64,000 bases of DNA, taken from positions 1 through 64,000 of the IMG/VR virus record IMGVR_UViG_3300013104_000004; one strand, given 5' to 3'. The number at the start of each line of letters is the position of its first letter. The stretch's first letter is position 1. This DNA comes from a virus. Made by a program: the position numbers and the translations under genes. The notes beneath the pieces are model-generated. The model searched no databases and was not told the origin of the DNA. It was given only the letters and a program-made list of their open reading frames with translations. Shown in pieces: positions 57,895 through 64,000 of this stretch.

Positions 57895-59181
57895 GTGGCA
57901 CGCATCGAGGAACGCAAGCGGGCTGACGGCGGCATCAGCTACCGCGTGTGGTGGCGGCTCGGAGGGACCCGAGATGGCGCACCCCAGACCGAGACCTTCA
58001 CCACCCCCGAGCGCGCCGCGTCGTTCAAGCTCGACGTCGAAGACGCCGGCCAGCGATGGCCGCAGGGCTGGGTCAAGGGCTACGGCTACCGCCAAGTCGA
58101 CCCCAGCACACCGACCCTGAGCGACGTCGCCAACTCCTACTTCGACCGCCAGGAGCAGCGCGTCAAACTCAACAAGCTCACCGCCTACACGCTCCAGCGC
58201 TACCGCCGGAACTGGGAGCTCCACCTGGAGCCCGTGCTCGGCGACATCCTCTTCGCCGAACTCACCGACGACGACGTCGCCAACCTCGTCGACGAGCTCG
58301 CGAGCGACTACTCCGCGAAGAGCATCCGCAACTGGCACGGGACGCTCTTCTCCATCGCCCAGCACGGCGCCGTCAAGAAGAAGCTCCGGCCCGACAACCC
58401 GTGCGTCGGCACCGACCTTCCGGACCCCGTCGACCTGAAGCAGGTGCGCTTCTTCCAGCACGGCGAGTGGGCCCTCTTCCGGGCCAACCTGAAGGCCGAC
58501 GTGCACCTGCTCGTCGACCTCATGCTGTCGACCGGGATGCGCTGGGGTGAGGCGTCCGCGCTGCGCTGGAGCGACCTCGCCGAGGGCCAGGACGGCACCG
58601 TTGTCGTGCACATCGAGCGCGCCTGGCAGGCCCGCGGCGAGAAGGACGACGCGCCCATCAAGGACGGCGTCGGCGAGACCAAGAAGTGGAAGCTCGGACC
58701 GCCCAAGGGCCGCAAGGAGCGGTGGGTCGTCGCACCTGCCGACGTGGCCGCGCGCCTCGCCGCGAGCGCCGAGGGGAAGCGTCCCAGCGACTACGTCTTC
58801 ACCACGCGCTATGGCAACCCCTGGCGGCACACGGACTTCCACTCCGACCGCTGGCTGCCGGCGGCCAAGGCGGTCCAGAAGACCGGCCTCGCGAAGCGCT
58901 TCACGCCGCACATGCTGCGCCACACCGCCGTCGTGTGGGCACTGGCCGAGGGCGTCAAGATCGAGGTCGTCTCCGAGATGCTCGGGCACGCCAGCATCCA
59001 GATCACCTACGACGTCTACGGCGGGCTCGTCGACAAGAAGACCCCCGAGATGGCCCAGGCCGTGGCGCGCGGCATGCTCCTCGCGCAGCAGTCCATCGTG
59101 CCGCTACCCAGCCCCGAAGAGGTCGAAGCGCGCGTCATCCGTCCCGGCCTCCGCGGCGAGTCCCGGCGCCGCGCCAGCTGA
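57895..59181 (+). CDS. int: Tyrosine integrase
   Basis: TGMRWGE (R), PKG (K), HMLRH (HxxR), LGHASIQITYDVY (H, Y); adjacent to attP. Confidence 0.95.
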   Translation: MARIEERKRADGGISYRVWWRLGGTRDGAPQTETFTTPERAASFKLDVEDAGQRWPQGWVKGYGYRQVDPSTPTLSDVANSYFDRQEQRVKLNKLTAYTLQRYRRNWELHLEPVLGDILFAELTDDDVANLVDELASDYSAKSIRNWHGTLFSIAQHGAVKKKLRPDNPCVGTDLPDPVDLKQVRFFQHGEWALFRANLKADVHLLVDLMLSTGMRWGEASALRWSDLAEGQDGTVVVHIERAWQARGEKDDAPIKDGVGETKKWKLGPPKGRKERWVVAPADVAARLAASAEGKRPSDYVFTTRYGNPWRHTDFHSDRWLPAAKAVQKTGLAKRFTPHMLRHTAVVWALAEGVKIEVVSEMLGHASIQITYDVYGGLVDKKTPEMAQAVARGMLLAQQSIVPLPSPEEVEARVIRPGLRGESRRRAS

Positions 59182-59195
59182 CCCCAGGCACACAG

Positions 59196-59231
59196 GAAGG
59201 GCCCCCTCGGATCTCTCCGTGGGGGCCCTTC
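59196..59231. terminator. Bidirectional terminator between int and xis
   Basis: GAAGGGCCCCCTCGGA/TCCGTGGGGGCCCTTC. Confidence 0.7.
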
Positions 59232-59289
59232 GTCCGCTGTCTCAACGGCCTGTCTCGACGCGCCCAGCGCGCCGAAGTCGAGAAGCAGT

Positions 59290-59550
59290 CTACAGCCGGG
59301 AGCGTGCCGTGCTGCGCTCGCGCTCCGCCACCTTCGGCTGCTGCTCGCCGGCCGCGATGATCGCGTCGATGTGCGCCTGCGTGAAGCGCACCTGCTTGCC
59401 GATCTTCGTGAACGGCACCGCGCGCGCCGCCACCTTCTTCCGCAGCCACGACTCCGAGATCGTCAGCACCGCGGCCGCCTCCTCCATCGTCAGCAGGCGC
59501 GGACGGGGGAGCGCGTCGTTACCCTTCGCGTTGGCCGGATTCAGGTTCAT
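59290..59550 (-). CDS. xis: Excisionase-family HTH protein
   Basis: LLTMEEAAAVLTISESWLRK...VPFTKIGKQVRF; convergent with int. Confidence 0.8.
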   Translation of the reverse strand: MNLNPANAKGNDALPRPRLLTMEEAAAVLTISESWLRKKVAARAVPFTKIGKQVRFTQAHIDAIIAAGEQQPKVAERERSTARSRL

Positions 59551-60407
59551 ACGTCCGCCCCTCGGTGCTTCAGTAGCGCGGTCAGCGCCGCCACCCGGCG
59601 AGCCGCGGTGGACTGCTGCTCCCCGGCCTTCTTTAAGCGCAGCTGCAGCTCGTCCGTGCGCAGATCCGCGTAGCCGCGGATCTCCCCGCGCAGGCGCCGC
59701 TCACGGGCGTAGGTCGCCTCAGTGCTGTCGGCGTACCGCTCGGTGTACGTGGGCATCAGCCGACCTCCTTCCAGTCCGTTGTCGTGCGCAGAATCCGCAC
59801 CGTGGCGCCGGGGTGCTGGGCCAGCACCGCACGCTTGCGCTCCATCGCGTGGTCGAGCGACGTGAACTTCCCGCCGCCCTTCTCGCGGTAGCGGAGGCCG
59901 TCCCCGGGGGCCGTGTGGACCTCGACGTAGAGCAGCTCCTTCGGGGCGGTCACGGCTCCACCGCGCGCACGTCTGTCACCTGGATATCGACGCACTCGCT
60001 GACGAGCGCCTGGTCCAGCGTGAGGTCCCAGAGGTGGTCCTCGATGCTCTTCCTGTCGGCGAGCAGGTAGGCGCGCATCATGGCGTCAGAGTCCTTCTCC
60101 CGGCCGAGCCAGGTGAAGTACTCCGCGAGGTCCAGCTCGACCTCCACGTTCCACTGCTCGGCCGTCTCGAACGTGACCTTGACGGTTCGCTTTCCGGGGG
60201 CGGTCATCGGTCGACCGACAGGGACAGGGTCAGGGTCGACGTCCCGGGGTCGAGCTGGTGGCCGCCGTGGTCGACACGCAGCGCCACCCGGGCATCCACC
60301 GAGACTCCGGCCTTCTCGCCAGCGTCAACGAGCGCCACCAGATCGCCGAACGCGAAGGCGCTCGTCGTCCCGGTGACCGTCACCGTCTGCGTGATCTTGG
60401 CGGCCAT
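59547..60407 (-). other. Four small hypothetical genes (59547-59756, 59756-59953, 59950-60207, 60204-60407)
   Basis: Coupled ORFs. Confidence 0.6.
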
Positions 60408-60745
60408 CAGCGGTTGTCCCCGCTGCCCTGCAGGACGTTCCGGTTCTTGCGGTCGTACAGCTTCGCGAGGTTCGCCTCGGCGATGTTCTCCAGCGGGTAC
60501 TGGAGCTCCTCCGCCGTGCGCGCGACGTACCAGAGCAGGTCGCCCAGCTCGGCCGCGATCGCCTCGCGCTTCTCGGCGGAGACGAAGCCCGCGTCGTCGC
60601 GGAGGATCTTCTTGATCTTGCCCTGGACCTCGCCGGCCTCACCCAGCCCGAGGCCAACGTAGGCCAGTGCCATGGCGGAGCCGGTGCCCGCCTCGGGGTA
60701 GATGGCGGTCGCGTGGATCGCCGTCTGGTAGTCGTTGAAACGCAT
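60407..60745 (-). CDS. mazG: MazG-like nucleotide pyrophosphohydrolase
   Basis: GLGEAGEV..KIKK, ELGDLLWY, N..KL..R. Confidence 0.9.
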   Translation of the reverse strand: MRFNDYQTAIHATAIYPEAGTGSAMALAYVGLGLGEAGEVQGKIKKILRDDAGFVSAEKREAIAAELGDLLWYVARTAEELQYPLENIAEANLAKLYDRKNRNVLQGSGDNR

Positions 60746-60758
60746 CGTGCTCGTCCTC

Positions 60759-62195
60759 TCAGAACGGGTTCTCGCTGACGGCCTCGATGGCCGCCACGCG
60801 CTCGTCGGTGTCTTCCTTGCGGACCCACGGGAGCCGCACCGCGGTGAACTTCCTCGCGAGCGACGCGCTCACGTAGCCGTCCTCCAGCAGCCCCGCGTTG
60901 CCCATCGCCTGGAGCACCGCGGCGTACTGCTCCCAGGTCATCTCGTGGTCCACGTAGAGGTGGAAGTGGCCCGGTGTCGACGACGGCACGAGGCGCGCCG
61001 GCAGGTCCAGGTCGATCACGACCTTGTGCGCCTCCCACGACGCGCTGAGACCCCGCGCGGTCATGCTCTGGCCCTTGTCGACGCGGGACGTGGTGACGTG
61101 CGCCTTGGCGGCCTCGGTCGTGTCGAACCGGCCCGCCGCGGCGTCGTAGCTGTCGAACACGTCGACCGTCTGCAGCACCTGCCCACGCAACGGCAGGAGC
61201 CCACGCTTCTCGTACGGCTTCGGGCTGCGCAGGGCGCGCTTCGCGTACTCCCGCAGCGCCGCGTCGAGCAGATCATGCGCCAGGTCGAGCGACGCGGAAG
61301 AGTCGGCCGTCAGGCGGCCGTCGTTGTTCTCGATCCGTCCACCCATCTCGATGATCCGGGAGTACAGCTCGTCGTCCGTCAGTAGCGCGGCACCGTGCTC
61401 GTAGCCCATCAGACCCGCCTCCCTGCCAGGCCGTCCAGCCACTCGGCGATGTCGGCCGCGACGTGCGGGTACTCCCCGCCGACGAGGTCCTGGTACGTCT
61501 CCAGCGCCCCGCGGGCGTGGATGTCGTGCTCGGGGTCGAGCACAAAGAAGCGGCAGTCGGCGTGCCGGCCGGACGGGTCGTTGCGGCGCTTCACGTCATA
61601 CTTCGCGTAGATGCCGCGGTCGCTGTCCGGGCGCGGGTCCTTGGCCTCGATGTCGACCAGGTCGACGAGGTTGCCCGTGCCGATCGTCTCGGCGAGGAAG
61701 GTCGCCGCCTTGTAGACGGTCCGCCCGTACCGACGCACTCCGTTCGCCGGCAGAGCCCAACGCTCCCGGTCCTTCTCGTACTGCTCCAGATCGTCGTACT
61801 CGATCTCGATGATGCGCATCACGCGCACGCGGTCGGTCGCCATCAGCGGTGCCCCTTCATCTGGTTGAGCACCTCGGCGCCGATGAAGAAGGTCCAGAAC
61901 GCCACCACGTAGATCAGGCACGCGAACGCGCGCCGCAGCTCCTTGCCCATCAATCCTCCTCCTGCCCCTCGCGGGGCTGCCGCTTGTAGTTCCGCTCGAT
62001 CTCCCAGGCGAAGTCCTGGAGCCTGTCCACGAGCTCGCGGGCGTCCGGCCCGAACTCCTCGTGCTCGAACGAGATGAGGAAGGACCGGGCCATGGACAGG
62101 TCCTTCCGGTCGTCGCTGGCGAACGTCGCCATCAACTCGATGCCGCCCTCGGCGATCTGCAGGCTCAGCACCTGCGCAGGCTGGTTCTCGTCCAT
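60759..62195 (-). other. Four hypothetical genes (60759-61409, 61409-61843, 61843-61950, 61950-62195)
   Basis: Coupled ORFs; the first has IDLD...SSTPGHFHLY, reminiscent of a primase-polymerase-like fold (weak). Confidence 0.6.
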
Positions 62196-62512
62196 CACGC
62201 ACTCACTTTCTGGCCGGTCCTGAACTGGAGCCGGAGCCCGTTGATGTAGCCCTGCCGCTGCTTCGCCGGGAGCCGCGCGCGGTCTCCCTCCGTCATGCCG
62301 CCCCAGACCCCCTGGGCCTCCTCGTGGTTCACGAGGGACTCCAGGAGGCAGGACTGGACGAAGGGGCAGCGCGCGCGGCACACGGCCGCCGCCTGTGCCT
62401 GTCGCGCGGCGTTCGGGTCGTGCCACAGCTCCGGGTCGTTCTGGCAGACCTGCGAGCCGTCGGTCTGCGCGATCCACTCCCAGTCGTGGTCGCGCCTCAC
62501 GCCGTAGGCCAC
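62195..62512 (-). CDS. whiB: WhiB-family Fe-S transcription factor
   Basis: C..DPELW...AVC..CP...C...GVWGG. Confidence 0.9.
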   Translation of the reverse strand: MAYGVRRDHDWEWIAQTDGSQVCQNDPELWHDPNAARQAQAAAVCRARCPFVQSCLLESLVNHEEAQGVWGGMTEGDRARLPAKQRQGYINGLRLQFRTGQKVSA

Positions 62513-63078
62513 GTGACGCCCCCCATCGCCTGGAGGTTCACCTGGGGGAGCGAAGCCTCCAGCGGGACGTCGTACTGCCGAGCGCCCATGGCCGCGATGA
62601 CGAGCGCGTCCGCGACGTCGTTGCCCGTCACGTCGGCGTCGATGTAGCGGCGGATCACCGCGGCCAGGACCTCGTCCTTCTGCGAGTTGCCCTTGCCGGT
62701 CGCGTACTTCATGCGGCCACCAGGGGTGACGACGTAGAACGGCACGCCCCACTGCCACAGCTGGTGCGTGATGATGCCCCAGAGGCCGAAGATCTGGACG
62801 ACCGACGAGCCCTTCGCGCCCATGGCCGTGCCCTCGATGCCGACGATCAGGTCGGCCGGCGCGCCCTCGTCCGCGCATGCCGAGGACGTCGGCTCGTAGC
62901 CCATCTCGTGGCCGCGGCGACCGCCCCAGATCGCCCGCTCGATCTCGTCGAGGATGTTCTGGACGCGCTGCGCGCCCACCTGCTTCGAGCGCACCCGCTT
63001 CGTCTCCACGACCCGCCCCCCCTCCACCAGCACGAGGCCGGTGGAGGTGAGGCTCGGGTCGATCCCGAGGACGCGCAT
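62497..63078 (-). CDS. ruvC: RuvC-like Holliday junction resolvase
   Basis: MRVLGIDPSLTSTG, IEG, K..TGKGNSQKDEV, DVADAL. Confidence 0.9.
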   Translation of the reverse strand: MRVLGIDPSLTSTGLVLVEGGRVVETKRVRSKQVGAQRVQNILDEIERAIWGGRRGHEMGYEPTSSACADEGAPADLIVGIEGTAMGAKGSSVVQIFGLWGIITHQLWQWGVPFYVVTPGGRMKYATGKGNSQKDEVLAAVIRRYIDADVTGNDVADALVIAAMGARQYDVPLEASLPQVNLQAMGGVTWPTA

Positions 63079-63977
63079 CAGAACTGCACCTCCGCGACTG
63101 CGGTCGGGACGAACGCCGTGTCGGCGAGCTGGATCTGCACGCGCACGGCGTGCTGGTTCGGCCCGATCGTCTCGGGCCGGGTCTTGCGCATCGCAACGAT
63201 GTGCATCTCGGTCATGCGGCGCGAATCGCGCCAGTGACGGCGCCGGCCCTCGACGACCGCCCACATCTCCGCCTGGAGCATCCCGTCGTCGTCAGGCACG
63301 GATGATCCCGATGTCGTTGGGGTCCGTCGGGTCGAACGGCACGAAGCCGGCCGAGATCGCCTTGACCGTCTGCTCGCGCTGCAGCTGGCCGTTCTTGTCG
63401 ACGTAGTGCTTCACCGAGGTGACGCGCGCCTCGACCACGATCCGCACCCGGTCGTCGGTGCCGAGCACCAGGCCGTTGACGTCGTCGATCGACGCCAGAC
63501 CGGTGAACTTCACCTCGGTGCCGGCGACCTCCTTGCCCTCGAACTTCGGGATCTCGGGCGCCGGGTCGGGCTCGCCGTAGGGCTCGTCGACCTCGTCCTC
63601 CAGCTCGAAGGGAGGGACCTCGTCGGTGGGGTTGATGCTCATGGTGTTCCTTCCTGGGGGTCAAACGGATGGGTTCGGTGGCAGCGGGGGCAGACCCACC
63701 AGGGGTCCGTCCCGCCGAGTCGGTAGAACGCCAGCTGGTCCGGTCGGGCCGGCGCCGCGAAGTCGCGACAGCAGCTGCTCGGCAGCCGCGTAGTTCGCCA
63801 CAGGGCCCACTCGGTCCCGTGGCGGCACGAGCCGCAGGTGCCGTTCTCCAGCGGGCTGCTGCAGCCGTCCTCGTAGCGGTGGCCGCACTTCAGGCACCGG
63901 TGCGCGTGCCAGCCCTTCAGCGTCGGCAGGGCGGCGTGCGTAGAGCTCGCAGCCTTCGGCTTCCACTTGTGGCTCAC
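63078..63977 (-). other. Three hypothetical genes (63078-63299, 63292-63642, 63639-63977; the last Cys-rich)
   Basis: Coupled ORFs. Confidence 0.6.
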
Positions 63978-64000
63978 GGATCTCCTCGCCGTACATTCGG

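Overview
The whole window is DNA of a high-GC, temperate, siphovirus-like actinobacteriophage; I recognise no host housekeeping genes. An intact attP (3' end of an actinobacterial tRNA-Leu, 57751-57771) has phage genes on both sides, so this is most likely the excised or virion form rather than an integrated prophage. From about 33 kb leftwards the minus strand carries the late region: a FliA/WhiG-type sigma factor, lysis genes, collagen-like tail fibres, terminase, portal, protease, scaffold, capsid, neck, major tail, frameshifted tail chaperones and a truncated tape measure. A plus-strand island of small genes interrupts it at 22.2-25.3 kb. The 33-38 kb control region holds an rrn-type boxA, several densely structured non-coding segments and a TCGA-free gene. 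From 38 to 56.5 kb the plus strand carries early genes: ArdA, a C5 methyltransferase with a nested out-of-frame subunit, Ku, an ATP-dependent ligase, a MoxR AAA+/VWA pair and a RuvB-like ATPase. Then come attP, integrase and excisionase, and a minus-strand block with MazG, WhiB and RuvC. The most notable signals are: (1) a ~465-nt closed multi-domain RNA at the head of the early operon; (2) a recurrent GTCGAT-N-GGC late promoter matching the phage's own sigma-28-like factor, often making leaderless mRNAs; (3) a 1.3-kb segment that synonymously avoids TCGA; (4) an anticodon-less tRNA-like element behind the capsid gene; (5) a plus-oriented operator-like repeat. All calls are from reading motifs by eye; no database searches or folding programs were run.
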